Positions 45,281 through 58,469 are shown, counted from the stretch's first letter. The stretch is DNA of 64,000 nt from Centroscyllium fabricii (GCA_051313645.2 JBNRSN020000020.1:110422001-110486000); one strand, 5' to 3'. Made by a program: numbers and translations. Notes: generated from the letters alone by a model not told the origin.

Positions 45281-45744
45281 GGATGAACGGGACTCGGTGT
45301 GAGTTAGGACACGGGGGCAGTGAGCACAGGGGGTGATGGGTGAACGGGACTCGGTGTGAGTTAGGAAATGGGGCAGCAGAGTTTTGGATGAGCTGAACTT
45401 TATGGAGGGTGGGAGGCCGGCCCTTTGATTCTTTTGCACACAGTGACCTCCAAAGAAGATGCACAGCGACCCGGCTTCTACAATCAAATGGCCGAGCGAA
45501 CAAAATAAATTGGTGGTTGCCCACTAGACTGTGAGAAGGTCCACAGCTACAGACAATCATTTGATGGGAGGGGACAGATGGGGAAATAGATCTGAGTGAT
45601 TCACCATGTAATCCAGGGGTTTGTGCAACTCCACAGTTTCACTGTCCCCTAATGGACTCAAATCCTGCTGAAAATGAGGAATTACATGTTTTCCAATCGC
45701 AAAGAAATACATGTAAAGAATTAGAAAAAGTTCCTCCAATTCTG

Positions 45745-45992
45745 TCCTCTTGAGCATCCCACGATTTAATTGCTCCACCATTGGTGGCCGTGCCTTCAGC
45801 TGCCTGGGCCCCGAGCTCGAAAATTCCCTCCCTTAACCTCTCCGCCTCTCTCTCCTCCTTTAAGACGCTCCTTAAAACTGACCTGTATCCTAATATCTCC
45901 TTATGTGGCTCGGTGCCAATTTATGTTTGATTAGTCCTGTGAAGTGTCTTGGGACGTTTCATGTATATAAATACACGTTGTTGTTGTTGTTG
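45745..45992 (+). mobile_element. L2 LINE 3' end
   Basis: CCATTGGTGGCCGTGCCTTCAGC...TATAAATAC followed by a (GTT)n tail. Confidence 0.8.
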
Positions 45993-46358
45993 CAGCCAAT
46001 GTGATTGCAGGCATTTTGATCAGGATCCCGATCAGCAGGACAAACACCCAGAAGCTTCTGAAGATACCAATAATTCAGAATGCCACACTCTGTGATGGGA
46101 GCTGTCCCTTCCCTCTTTTTCTACCCTGCCCTAGACGACAGGAGCGACTCGACCGGGACCACCTACCGGCACTCACTGCCAAGGCACAGGAGGGCCCACA
46201 GCACCCGTGGAACTGTACCCGACCGAGGAGTCAGCGCGTTCAGGTACCAGTAAAAGTGACCGCGAAACTGTCGTAAAACCACAACTGGTTCACTAATGTC
46301 CTATAGGGAAGAAAACCGGCTATCCTTACCCGGTCTGGGCCCATATGTGACTGCAGTT

Positions 46359-46960
46359 GGGACAGTGTAGAGGAACCTTTACTCTGTATCTAACCTGTGC
46401 TGTACCTGCCCTGGGAGTGTTTGATGGGACAGTGTAGAGGGAGCTTTACTCTGTATCTCACCCGTGCTGTACCTGCCCTGGGAGTGTTTGATGGGACAGT
46501 GTAGAGGGAGCTTTACTCTGTATCTCACCCGTGCTGTACCTGCCCTGGGAGTGTTTGATGGGACAGTGTAGAGGGAGCTTTACTCTGCATCTAACCCGTG
46601 CTGTACCTGCCCTGGGAGTGTTTGATGGGACAGTGTAGAGGGAGCTTTACTCTGTATCTAACCCGTGCTGTACCTGCCCTGGGAGTGTTTGATGGGACAG
46701 TGTAGAGGGAGCTTTACTCTGCATCTAACCCGTGCTGTACCTGCCCTGGGAGTGTTTGATGGGACAGTGTAGAGGGAGTTTTACTCTGTATCTAACCTGT
46801 GCTGTACCTGCCCTGGGAGTGTTTGATAGGACAGTGTAGAAGGGAACATTACTCTGCATCTAACAAGTACTGTACCTGCCTTGGGAGTGTTTGATGGGAG
46901 AGTGTAGAGGGAAATATACTCTGGATCTAACCCATGCTGTACCTGCCCTGGCAGTGTTTG
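46359..46960. repeat. 67-bp satellite/minisatellite (~9 copies); more arrays at ~47110-47310 (-), 50735-50980 (-), 51866-51945 and 56872-57022
   Basis: Unit GGGACAGTGTAGAGGGAGCTTTACTCTGTATCTAACCCGTGCTGTACCTGCCCTGGGAGTGTTTGAT at 46359, 46426, 46493 and onward. Confidence 0.95.
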
Positions 46961-47311
46961 AGTGGCCAATAAATCCCCAGGGCCTGATAATCTACATCCT
47001 AGGGTACTTAAGGAAGTGGCCCTAGAAGTAGTAGATGCATTGCTGGTCATCTTCCAAAATTCTATAGACTCTGGAACAGTTCCCATGGATTGGAGGGTAG
47101 CTAATGTTACGGGAATAGCACGGGTTAGATACAGAGTAAAGCTCCCTCTACACTGTCCCACCAAACACTCCCAGGGTCGATACACCAGGGGTTAGATACA
47201 GAGTAAAGCTCCCTCTACACTGTCCCCATTAAACACTCCCAGGACAGGTGCAGCATGGGTTAGATACAGAGTAAAGCTCCCTCTACACTGTCCCATCAAA
47301 CACTCCCAGGC

Positions 47312-47713
47312 CATGTTGGATTTGACCCAGATTCCAAGACCCACAAACGGCCCAGTAACTCAGACATTGACCATCAAGACAGTCTACCAACCCAAGAGAG
47401 CGAACTTAAATGTATGCGGCTCCTCCTCATACATCTACTTCAGAATATTTGATTACTGCCTCATAATCTTCTAGGAGGGAAGAATGTAATGATATTGAGA
47501 CTTCCGGCAGGAAGTCGGATGAACTCTGCTTATGAACTTCCAGTGACATCACTTCCTGTACATGTCACTTCCTGTGTAGTAGTATAAATTCTGCTACTAT
47601 TCAGTCTGAGATAATGCTTCTCTATGTAAATATGTTAAAACTCTCAACTCTGTAAATAGCTGATTAAAGCTTTGCTTAAAGTATTTGATGTGTAAGTCGC
47701 TTTTGTCACATCA
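47312..47713 (+). mobile_element. 3' remnant of an LTR element: internal tail, PPT and 3' LTR (47485-47713)
   Basis: AGGAGGGGAAGAA directly precedes TGTAATGATATTG...CACATCA. No TSD. The LTR is nearly identical to 50373-50591. Confidence 0.8.
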
Positions 47714-48061
47714 ATTAGCGTGTAAAGTTCAAACACATGGGATTGGGGGCAAGGTACTGACTTGGATAGAGAACTGGTTGGCAGACAGGAAGCAAAAACG
47801 TTGGAATAAACGGGTCTTTTTCCGAGTGGCAGGCATTGACTAGTGGGGTACCGCAGGGATCGGTCCTAGGACCCCAGCTATTCACAATATATATTAATGA
47901 TCTGGATGTGGGAACTAGATGTAATATCTCCAAGTCTGCAGATGACACAAAGCTGGGTGGGCGTGTGTGCTGCGAAGAGGATGCCGAGAAACTCCAGGAT
48001 GATTTGGACAGGTTGGGTGATTGGGCAGATGCATGGCAGAAGCAGTATAATGTGGATAAAT

Positions 48062-49056
48062 AAGATAAGATAATTTTATTGCCATATGTAACTGGTACAA
48101 TGGAATGCTTACTCCCCATTCACTCCCACAATGTAAGTATAAAAAGAAAAAGTAAAAAACAAGCATTAATGGAAAAATAATAAGCAAATAAACAAATAAG
48201 TAACAAGTGTGGTTAACAGTTCAGTAGGCGCACTGCCTGTGGGTAGAAACTGTTTTTGAACCTGCTGGTCCTGGTTCGGATGCTGCAGTACCGACGGCCG
48301 GACCGCAGGAGGGAGAACAGATCGTGCCCAGGGTGATTGGGGTCCTTGATGGTGGAGCGGGCCTTGTTCAAACACCTGGTCTGGAAGATCTCCTTGATGG
48401 ATGGAAGTGCACACCCGATGATCTATTCTGCCGTCCTCACAACTCTCTGAATGGCTTTCCTGTCCTGTGCAGTGGTGTTACCATACCACACAGTGATGCC
48501 TCCCGACAGGATGCTCTCGATGGTGCCGCGGTAAAAGTTCATAAGCTACTGTGTGCTTATGCCGCATTTCCTCAGGCACTGTAGAGGGTAGAGGCGCTGG
48601 TGTGCCTTCTTCAGCATTGCCTCAGTATTGTAGTTCCAGGTCAGGTCATCAGAGACCTGCAGACCCAGGAATCAGAAGCAACTGACTACTTCTACCGGTG
48701 TCCCGTCTATGATAATTGGCCGGTGGTTCCCTCGATGGCTTCTGAAGACAACGATGAGTTCCTTAGTCTTGCTGACGTTCAGGGCAAGGTTGTTAGCATT
48801 ACACCATCTCATCAGCTGAACTATCTCATCCCTGTACTCAGTCTCATCCTCGTTGCTAATCAGGGCGATTACTGTGGTGTCATTGGCAAACTTTATTATC
48901 CGGTTGTTGCTGTGTCGGGCTGCACAATCGTTTGTAAACAGAGAGTACAACCGAGGACTGAGGCAGCAGCCTTGTGGTGCTCCGGTATTGAGGACCAGTG
49001 TGGATGAGGTGTTGTTCCCTATTTTCACCACTTGAGGCCTACCAGTCAGGAAGTCC
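48062..49056 (-). mobile_element. Rex1/Babar-like LINE, 5' truncated
   Basis: [13 protein letters not shown]...[11 protein letters not shown]...[14 protein letters not shown]...[13 protein letters not shown]; AATAAA tail; 6-bp TSD ATAAAT. Confidence 0.85.
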
Positions 49057-49310
49057 ATAAATGCGAGGTTATGCACTTTGGTGGCAAAAACAGAAAGGCA
49101 GATTATGATCTGAATGGCAATAGATTGGGAGAAGGGAAAGTGCAATGAGACCTGGGTGTCCTTGTGCACCAGTCACTGATGATAAGCATGCAGGTGCAGG
49201 AGGCGGTTAAGAAGGCAAATGCTATGTTGGTCTTCGTAGCGAGAGGATTCGAGTACAGGAACAAGGATATCTTGCTGCAGTTGTACAGGGCCTTGGTGAG
49301 ACCACACCTT

Positions 49311-50363
49311 GGGCAGGATTTTCCTCAAGATGCGGCAATTTGGTGGGTTTTGGGCGTGTCAGGTTTCTGACCCGCCCGCTCAAGGTCCTGGGAGGCCCAC
49401 GCAATTTTGCCTCAAGTGGGCATTTAAATCCCTGCTTGTCAGAGCCGTTTCTAATACACACTTTCCCGTCAGGGTGCGTGGGGCATGGTTCCAGTTTGTG
49501 CAGCACCGGCGGGCTTTTGATTGATAGGCCTGAAGAGCTTGGTCAGCTTCTGTGCAGAACCAGGCCATTGTGATTCATAATGCAGTGTCAATAGCTCAGA
49601 AACCCCAAAGAACAATTGATTGACAGTTCTGACGTGGTTGTTTTCTTTCAATGTTGACAGAAGGCATTGTGACTCAGAGCCAATGATTGGCAGCTGCAGT
49701 GATAGACTTGCTGTTTCTCTTTCTGTGGTTTCAGAGCATTATGATGTCATAATGTTATGTAAACAGATGAAACCACAAATCTAAGAGTGACAGCTTTAAC
49801 TAGGCTGGCTGTTTGTTTGTGGTTTCAGTGGAATGTAAACAGAATCTGATCCTCTGGGTGATTGGCAGCTTGCTTCACAGACACACCTCACAGTGCGATG
49901 TCTGTGGCTGAGCAGAACGCAGCTGTCAGGTAAGTGATTTTGTTCTTTGGGCACTGAGGATTGGCACCCTTGGGTGCCAGCTACTCCTCCAGCATGGTGG
50001 AGGCTAGCAAGCTACTGTGTGGCTGCTGTACCCATGCCTTGAAGGTGGCAGTCACCCAGTCGACTGGGTGCCCACCAGCTTTCTACGGTGGTGTTCCCAC
50101 CAGGCGGGTTCTAGGTGGGAAGAGGGTCAAAGTTGCAAGGTGCCCTTAAAATGGCATTACCGATGCCAATTAAGGGCCCCTAATGAGCTTAACGAGCATC
50201 CCCGCTGATGCCGGGCCGGACTGAGGCGGGCCGACCAGACCCGCCGGGTGAAATTGACAAGCTGGCGGGAAGGTGGTGGGAGGTGTCGCGGACCCCCATT
50301 TCTGCTATTTGTGTCGCCATCCCACCCGGAAACCCACCTCGTGGCCCGAGGAAAATTCTGCCC
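49311..50363. mobile_element. Non-autonomous PIF/Harbinger-type element
   Basis: TIRs GGGCAGGATTTTCCTC / GAGGAAAATTCTGCCC; 3-bp TSD CTT; removing it restores the CR1 sequence CCACACCTTGAGTAT. Confidence 0.85.
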
Positions 50364-50372
50364 CTTGAGTAT

Positions 50373-50591
50373 TGTAATGATATTGAGACTTCCGGCAGGA
50401 AGTCGGATGAACTCTGCTTATGAACTTCCAGTGACATCACTTCCTGTACATGTCACTTCCTGTGTAGTAGTATAAATTCTGCTGCTATTCAGTCTGAGAT
50501 AATGCTTCTCCATGTAAATATGTTAAAACTCTCAACTCTGTAAATAGCTTTGCTTAAAGTATTTGATGTGTAAGTCGCTTTTGTCACATCA
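50373..50591 (+). mobile_element. Solo LTR
   Basis: TG...CA termini, 5-bp TSD AGTAT. Confidence 0.92.
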
Positions 50592-51469
50592 AGTATTGTG
50601 TGCAGTTCTGGTCGCCTTATCTGAGGAAGGATGTTCTTGCCATGGAGGGAGTGCAGCGAAGATTCACAAGACTGATACCTGGGATGGCAGGACTAATGTA
50701 TGAAGAGAGATTGGGTTAATGGGCTTATACTCACTGGGTTAGATACAGAGTAAAGCTCCCTCAACACTGTCCCAACAAACACTCCCAGGGCAGGTACAGC
50801 ACGGGTTAGATACTGGGTAAAGCTCCTTCTACACTGACCCATTAAACACTCCCAGGGCAGGTACAGCACGGGTTAGATAAAGAGTAAAGCTCCCTCTACA
50901 CTGTCCCATCAAACACTCCCAGGGCAGGTACAGCACGGGTTAGGTACAGAGTAAAGCTCCCTCTACACTGTCCACATCAAATATATTGAATTACCTGCTG
51001 GATGCCATTGATTAATTGATTGTTAGATATTGAATGTGGAGCCAGTAAACCACAGTCATTTTTGAAATGGCCATGAATTGTCTATATTTGTACCTGGTGT
51101 GGCAGGGGCTTGTCACATATTACAATCCTAGTTACCACCAGCATTAGAAGCCTCTGGAGAGTAACCTGCCCTATCAGGCTGAGATGGCTAGTCCCTGCAT
51201 TGAGACCTGTGCGAGCCTGTTACGCCCACGAGTTGATTGAAACCATGACAACACTTGTAGTTATTGAAACAGACCTGTTTTTGCTACATTCCTCTTTTTT
51301 TTATAAATTCATTTTCTGGATGTGGGCGTTGCTGGCAAGGCTGTTTATTACCGATCCTTAGTTTCCCTTGAGAAGGTGGCGGTGGGCCTTTTTCTTGAAG
51401 CACTGCAGTCTGTGTGGACAGCTGAGTGGCTTGACAGGACAATTCACAGGACAGTTATACCACAGGTTG

Positions 51470-51866
51470 AATACATAGAAACATAGAAGATAGGAGCAGG
51501 AATCGGCCATTTGGCGCCTTGAGCCTGCTCCGCCATTTAATGAGATCATGGCTGATCATCCAAACCCAGTACCCTGTCCCTGCCTTCTCCCCATATCCCT
51601 TGATCCCACACCGACACATATCCCACCCTATCCCCGTAACCCCACATATTCAATCCCCCTAACACTAAGGGTCAATTTATCATGGCCAATCAACCTAACC
51701 CGCACATCTTTGGACTGTGGGAGGAAACCGGAGACCCGGAGGAAACCCACGCAGACACGGGGAGAATGTGCAAACTCCACACAGACAGTCACCCGAGGCC
51801 GGATTTGAACCCGGGTCTCCAGTGCTGTGAGGCAACAGTGCTAACCACTATGCCACCGTGCCGCCC
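51470..51866 (-). mobile_element. HE1-like SINE fused to a CR1 3' tail
   Basis: Reverse complement of 16311-16570 joined to a CATAGAAACATAGAAGATAGG tail. Confidence 0.82.
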
Positions 51867-52316
51867 GTGCTGTACCTGCCCTGAGAGTGTTTGATGGGAC
51901 AGTGTAGAGGGAGCTTTACTCTGTATCTAACCCCGTGCTGTGTGCTGAACCTTTTGTTATGTATGATGTGTATGTATGTGTTATCCTCCCACCTGTGGTG
52001 GCGCTGCTACAGCACTGCACAGCCAGGAGGTTCTTTTACTTTTTACTTTCACTTTCTCTTTTAACTGTTGATTAAACTAGACAGCTTTTTACAGCTCGGT
52101 AGTTTGAATTCTCCTTGTGTTTAAGTAGAAAGACTTAGATACAATAAGTGGTGACGAAGTGGGATTATTCTGCGTGTGGAAGACTCTAAAAAAGAAGAAT
52201 AAAAGAAAAAGTCGGAACTTTCTCGTTTTCACCTACAAACACTCGTAACGGTGATTGCAGCATAAACTAACGTACGGATGCAGTAAGTAAACAGAAATTG
52301 AAAATTGCAGAGCGAA

Positions 52317-55300
52317 ATGGCTGCTTTATTCGGAAACATTGGTGATTTTGATGAAGAGGTAGAGCAATGGAATGCTTATCTGGAACGTTTTGACTATTTT
52401 GTATTGGCAAATGGCGTGACAAATGATAAGATCGTGCCTACGTTCTTGAGTGTAATTGGAGCGAAGATATACTATTTACTGCACAACCTTGTGCAGCCAG
52501 TTAAGCCAGGAACTAAAACATATAAAGAACTCGTGGAAATTCTTGAAGCACATTTTTCCTCTGGTTATTGTGGAGCGATTTAGATTTCACAAACGGAAGC
52601 AAGAGGAAGGGGAAACAGTGACTATGTTTATTGCTGCTTTGAAAAGGTTGTCGGAAGACTGCGAATTCAACAAAGCTGCAAAGTGCAGCCATACAGAAAC
52701 GCCTTCTTACTGAGGACAACCTCACTCTTGAAAAGGCCATTGAAGTTAGTGTCTCCATGGAGATGGCGGAAAGGGAGGCTCATCAATTTAGTTCAACAGG
52801 GAGAGTTCACAAGGTGTCATCGGAGCCTAAAAGAGTGCGGAACGGCACATGTTACCGTTGTGGGAAAATGGGCCATTACGCTAATGACTGCTGGTGTACT
52901 GAGCTGGAATGCCGAAACTGTGGCAAAAAGTGTCACATTGAACATGCCTGTAGAGGTAAAAAAGGAACAGACAGAGCTGGGAAGCACGAAAACAAAATGT
53001 CTACATTTGGACAAAAGAAGAAAAAGAGTGTTCATTCAGTGCAGCGTGACGGAATAAGCAAAGCAGAGGGGAGCGACACCTCTGAGGATGAGAAGGTGCA
53101 CGTACTGACGGTTGCAGGTGGCCCAAATGGTTACTGGGTGTCACCGCTGGTGGAGGGACAATCAGTGCGGATGGAGGTGGACACAGGCGCGGCTGTGTCC
53201 CTTGTTTCAGACACTATCTACAACAAAATGCTTAAGCACATTACCCTTCAGCCAACAAACATTGTATTAAAGACGTATACCGGCGAACCGGTGGCCATGA
53301 GAGGTGTCATGGAGGTGACAGTTACATTGAATGGAGAGACTGCGAAACTGCCATTATATGTGGTAAAGGGAAATTACCCATCTCTACTGGGGCATGCGTG
53401 GCTAGAGAAAATCACGCTGGACTGGCCTGCAGTCCACATGATGTCAAAAGGGGAGTCAGGTCTGACTGCAGTTTTAAACAAACATGCAGAACTCTTCAAT
53501 GGGGAACTTGGGAGCATGAAAAAGATCAGCGTGAGACTGGACATTAAACCTGACAGCAAGCCGAAGTTTCACAAAGTCCGACCTGTACCCTATGCAATTA
53601 GGCCAAAAGTTGAGGCTAACTTGGAGGCCTTAGTCGAGAAGGGAGTCCTGGAGCCTGTGAGTGTGAGCAAATGGGCTACACCCATTGTTCCTGTCCTAAA
53701 AAACGATGGATCTATTCGAATGTGCGGGGATTTTAAAGTGACTATTAACCCGGTGCTGTTGGCGGAACAGTACCCTCTTCCCCTCATTGGTGATCTCTTT
53801 ACGGGCCTGGCTGGAGGGAAAAACCTCATCAAAATCGACTTATGCCAGGCTTATCTACAAATGCATGTAGATGACAAATCAAAGGAGCTGCTGACAATTG
53901 TGACACACAAGGGGCTTCCATTTGGAATTATGTCGGCCCCTGCTCTATTCCAAAGGGCAATGGACCAAATTTTGAGTGGACTGCCAGGAGTCCAGTGCTA
54001 CCTGGATGACATCCTTGTCACTGGAACGAATGAGGAGGATCATCTTCTGAATTTGAATGCGACACTACAGCGACTGAAAGAGTACGGACTCAGAGTTCGT
54101 AAGGATAAATGTGAATTCTTTCAGTCTTCTGTTGAGTACCTGGGGCATCTGATTGACACTACTGGCCTGCACAAGGCGATCGTGGAGGGCCCAGCACCCC
54201 AGAATGTGAGCCAGTTGCATTCATTCCTGGGGCTACTTAACTATTATGGAAAGTTTATTCCAAACTTAGCAACATTGCTGAAGCCATTACACCAGTTGCT
54301 ATGTCAAGGCAAAAGATGGAAATGAACTGCGCTGTGCAATCAAACGTTCGCCCAAGCAAAGAAAGCATTGCTGAAGTCGGAGGTCCTGACACACTTCGAC
54401 CCAAAGCTACCCTTGCAGCTAGCATGTGATGCATCACCATATGGGGTGGGAGCAGTCATATCCCACATCATGCCTTCTGGTGAAGAGCAACCTATCGCCT
54501 TCGCATCACGCACCTTGAACAAGGCTGAGAGTAACTATGCACAGATTGAGCGCGAGGCATTGGGAATCGTTTTTGGAATTCGAAAATTTGATCAGTACTT
54601 GTTTGAGAGAAGGTTCACACTCCTGATGGACCATCGTCCCTTGACATCAATCTTTGGGCCCCACACCGGAATTCTGTCTCTCGCTGCAAGCAGGATGCAA
54701 AGATGGGCTTTGCTGTTGTCGGGACACACATACGACATCAAATATCATAAATCAGAATTGCACAGCAATGCAGACAGTCTCGCGAGGCTGCCCTTGCCTG
54801 TTACTCACCCAGAGCCTCGTCAGATAGACATCTTCTACTTCAGACAAGTTGAGGGAGCACCTGTCACTGCAACCCAGGTGCGAAGGCACACCCGCAATGA
54901 TCCAGTTCTGTCTGAGGTAATGGACGATGTCATTCGAGGGAGAGCTATAGGAGATTGTCCTTGGTTGAAACCTTACGTTTCAAAAAGAAATGAGCTCTCC
55001 GTCCAGACAGGTTTGTGGTAACCGTTGTATGTACTGTAATTACCACCATAATATTGTATCCAATATTATCTGTATGTATAGCGGTCGGGTGCATGATGCA
55101 ACTGTCCTGTGTTGCGACACTGTCGTGGGGCCAGGTCAGCCACACCTCTAACTCCTCCCCTCAGGTGAGCGCCTTATAGGTGGGGACTGACCGGCCCCCA
55201 TTCATTCTGTACCTGATGTTCGATCGGAGCGTAGCTCCATTGTAAGCTAATAAAAGTCTTGAGTTAAGGTAACTACTCGTCTTTTTGTTTTATTAGATTA

Positions 55301-56527
55301 TTGACGATACGTCAAGGTTGTCTTCTCTGGGGACACCGTGTCATCATTCCGCCACCTCTGAGGGAACCTGTACTGCAACAACTTCATGCAGGCCACAGTG
55401 GAATGGTTCGGATGAAGGAAATGGCCAGAAGCTACTTCTGGTGGCCAGGTCTCGATGGAAACATTGAGGAGAAGGCCAAAACATGTTCCCCGTGTCAAAG
55501 GGTCCAGAATATTCCACAGCTGGCACCCTTACACCCCTGGGATTGGCCTGAAGAAGTGTGGCAGCGCATACATGTGGACTTCGCCGGTCCTTTCGATGAG
55601 AAGATGTTTATGGTGGTTGTGGATGCTCGTAGCAAGTGGCTGGAGGTCACTGTGATGAGGTCTACCACGGCAGAGAAAACAATTGAGAAACTCGGTGAGA
55701 TGTTCAGCCATTATGGCTCACCAGAGCAACTCATAAGTGACAACAGTCCACAATTTGTGTCTCAGGAGTTTGCAACTTTCCTGCAAGTGAATGGTGTCCA
55801 ACACATCAGGTCTGCACCCTATCATCTCTCTACTAACGGCCTGGGAGAAAGGTTCGTGCAAACCTTGAAGCACGCCTTGAAGGCATCGCAACTTCAGGGC
55901 TCAATCTACCAACATCTGAACAGATTCCTGTTGTCCTACAGGAACGAGCCACATGCCACAACCAAAACTTCCCCCGCATCGCTCATGATGAAGAGGCAGT
56001 GGCGGACAAGATTTGACTTACTCAAACCTCCAAGGACAGAGCAGGTTGTCCAACGTCAACAACAAGCTCAAGTTGAAAGATGGGAGATAAGAGCCAAGGA
56101 GAGACAGTTTCATCCTGGAGAGCAAGTCCGAGCTCGAAACTACAACACTGGACAGAAATGGGTTCTTGCTACAGTGATCACGCAGATGGGCCCTGTGTCG
56201 TACACAGTTGAGACTGCTGAGGACGTCATCTGGAGAAGACACACTGATCAACTGTTGCTAGGAGCAGAGACAGCCACCGAGGCTCCAAAGTCTGATCGGC
56301 CTGAACTGTTTCCGGATGACACCGCAAACCAGCATCCTTCCGCATAGTGCTCTTCTCCAACACAGGAAGTCAAAGAGACTGTTCCACCTGTACAAACTCC
56401 TGACTTTCGACTAACACAGGCACCTTCTCCATCCAGTCCTGTGTCAATGTCTACTGCTGTTGAAGCCAGCGATGCCCGCCGGTATCCTGTCAGACAGTGG
56501 CGGCCTCCAAGATGCTTGGATATGTAG
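52317..56527 (+). pseudogene. Disrupted gag-pol (frameshifts, stops, solo-LTR insertion)
   Basis: Fragments: WNAYLERF (gag), CYRCGKMGH, VDTGA, YLDD, ACDAS, HAGH...CSPC, VDFAGP, SDNS. Confidence 0.9.
55014..55314 (+). mobile_element. Solo LTR nested in the Mag-like pol
   Basis: TGTGGTAAC...TACGTCA, 5-bp TSD AGGTT. Confidence 0.93.
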
Positions 56528-57464
56528 GCTTAGCGACTTACCCACAAGAATGGGGCAGAATAAACCCCAGGGTAAAGTCAGGGTTTGAGGCAGTCTACCA
56601 CTACCCTTAGTTAGTTGAGTGCATTGGAAGTAATTTACTTGTTGAGGAATAATGGGGACATTTTATTTAAGGGGGGAGGAATATGTTGTGTATGATGTGT
56701 ATGTATGTGTTATCCTCCCACCTGTGGTGGCGCTGCTCCAGCACTGCACAGCCATGAGGTTCTTTTACTTTTTACTTTCACTTTCTCTTTTAACTGTTGA
56801 TTAAACTAAACAGCATTTTACAGCTCGGTAGTTTGAATTCTCTTTGTGTTTAAGTCGACTTAGATACAATACCTGCCCTGGGAGTGTTTGATGGGTCAGT
56901 GTAGAGGGAGCTTTGCTCTGTATCTAACCTGTGCTGTACCTGCCCTGGGAGTGTTTGATGGGTCAGTGCAGAGGGAGCTTTGCTCTGTATCTAACCTGTG
57001 CTGTACCTGCCCTGGGAGTGTTTGTTGCTGCCATTTGATGCCTTATTGGAAATTGTTCCATTTGTGGCACGACAGTCCCTCACTGAAATGAGGACAAAGT
57101 TGAACAAAAAATTTCAGAGGAATGAGAAACAGAAAAAGTTCAGCAACTTCTGTTTAACGTCTTCAGGAATCCAGGCATAAAGAGGCCATTCAATGAGGAA
57201 TATTCTAATCTCAAAGGAATTCTCTGTTTATTAAAACACCATTTAATTTAAATCACAAATAATGTTCTTGTGGAATCTACACAGGAGCTCGAACTACAGT
57301 CAAATTAATCACAAACGTACATCTGGGTAAAGTATAAAATTAACCCGCAGGAGTCCAGAGTTTTTGATGTTTTATACACGTTGAACAAACTCTGATCCTG
57401 ACTGCAATTGCACAACTGCAGAGAGGTGCTGATCCAAGGCCCGCTGCTTTCTTGTGTTGGGTGG

Positions 57465-57918
57465 GGGGGCGGTTGCGGGGGTCAGGGAGCTTGTGAGGTC
57501 AGGAGTTGCAGATGTTGGGGTTGCAGGGTTAGGGGGTTGCGGAGGTTGAGGGTTGCGGGTTTCAGGGGTTTGGGGGGTTCGGGGCGGTCTTGGGGTTGCA
57601 GGGGTTGTGAGGTCGGGGGTTGCAGGGGTCAGGGGTTATGAGGTTGGAGGTTGCAGGGGTCAGGGGGTTGTGAGGTCGAGGGTTGCAGGGGTCAGGGGGT
57701 TGCGCAGGTTGGTAGGCGTTGCAGGGGTCAGGGGTTATGAGGTTGGAGGTTGCAGGGGTCAGGGGGTTGTGAGGTCGAGGGTTGCAGGGGTCAGGGGGTT
57801 GCGCAGGTTGGTAGGCGTTGCAGGGGTCAGGGGTTATGAGGTTGGAGGTTGCAGGGGTCAGGGGGTTGTGAGGTCGAGGGTTGCAGGGGTCAGGGGGTTG
57901 CGCAGGCTGGTAGGCGTC
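57465..57918. repeat. G-rich minisatellite with a ~100-bp higher-order unit
   Basis: Repeats of GGTTGCAGGGGTCAGGGG(G)TTG(T/C)G. Confidence 0.9.
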
Positions 57919-58176
57919 GCTTGCTACTTTGATCACTGCTTCACACTTCAGAGTCCAGCTGAAAAGCAGCCTTGTTGATCTGGAGGCTGCTGATGTTTGG
58001 TATGAGTGAGGTGTCCGGAATGTTCCATGACATGAAGCAGGGAGCGTTGCAAGAGGTTCTATCCTATGGGGAAGCACCAGGACAGCATTTATTGTCCATC
58101 CGCAGCTGCCCTTGATAAGGTGGTGGTGGGCCTTCTTCTTGAACCGCAGAGAAGATACTCCCACACTGCTACACTG

Positions 58177-58412
58177 CTGTGTCCTGCGCTGTTTCCTGGG
58201 CTGTGTCCTGTGTCCTGGGCTGTGTCCTGGGCTGTGTCCTGTGTCCTGGGCTGTGTCCTGCGCTGTGTCCTGTGTCCTGCGCTGTGTCCTGCGCTGTGTC
58301 CTGCGTCCTGGGCTGTGTCCTGGGCTGTGTCCTGTGCTATGTCCTGTGTCCTGGGCTGTGTCCTGTGTCCTGGGCTGTGTCCTGTGTCCTGTGCTGTGTC
58401 CTGCGCTGTGTC
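58177..58412. repeat. Low-complexity (CTGTGTC / CTGGG / CTGCG)n tandem repeat
   Basis: Direct inspection. Confidence 0.92.
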
Positions 58413-58469
58413 CGAGCCCCGTCACCTTGGTTTCTCAAACAATAAAAACAAGGATGACAGGCAATCATT

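Larger units (their letters stand above)
39192..45415 (-). mobile_element. L2 LINE 3' fragment with an internal 56-bp expansion, split by the Gypsy insertion
   Basis: Minus strand encodes KILILVFKSLHGLTPPYLCNLLQP and LPPSTLHKVQLIQNSAA. Confidence 0.8.
47714..50735 (+). mobile_element. CR1 LINE fragment interrupted by three separate insertions
   Basis: Pieces 47714-48061, 49057-49310, 50364-50372 and 50592-50735 rejoin into sequence colinear with 25680-26400. Confidence 0.88.
51955..56871 (+). mobile_element. Decayed full-length Ty3/Gypsy element (Mag-like)
   Basis: LTRs 51955-52146 and 56684-56871 with several differences; PBS TGGTGACGAAG (tRNA-Ser-like); PPT AAGGGGGAGGAA. Confidence 0.93.

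Noticed and set aside
47485-50591. Two matching LTRs as the ends of a single element
   Set aside because: The first is preceded by a PPT (a 3' LTR), the second has its own TSD (solo LTR), and the interior is CR1/Rex1/MITE sequence.
51098-51287. Possible TG...CA solo LTR
   Set aside because: No TSD and no second copy in the window.
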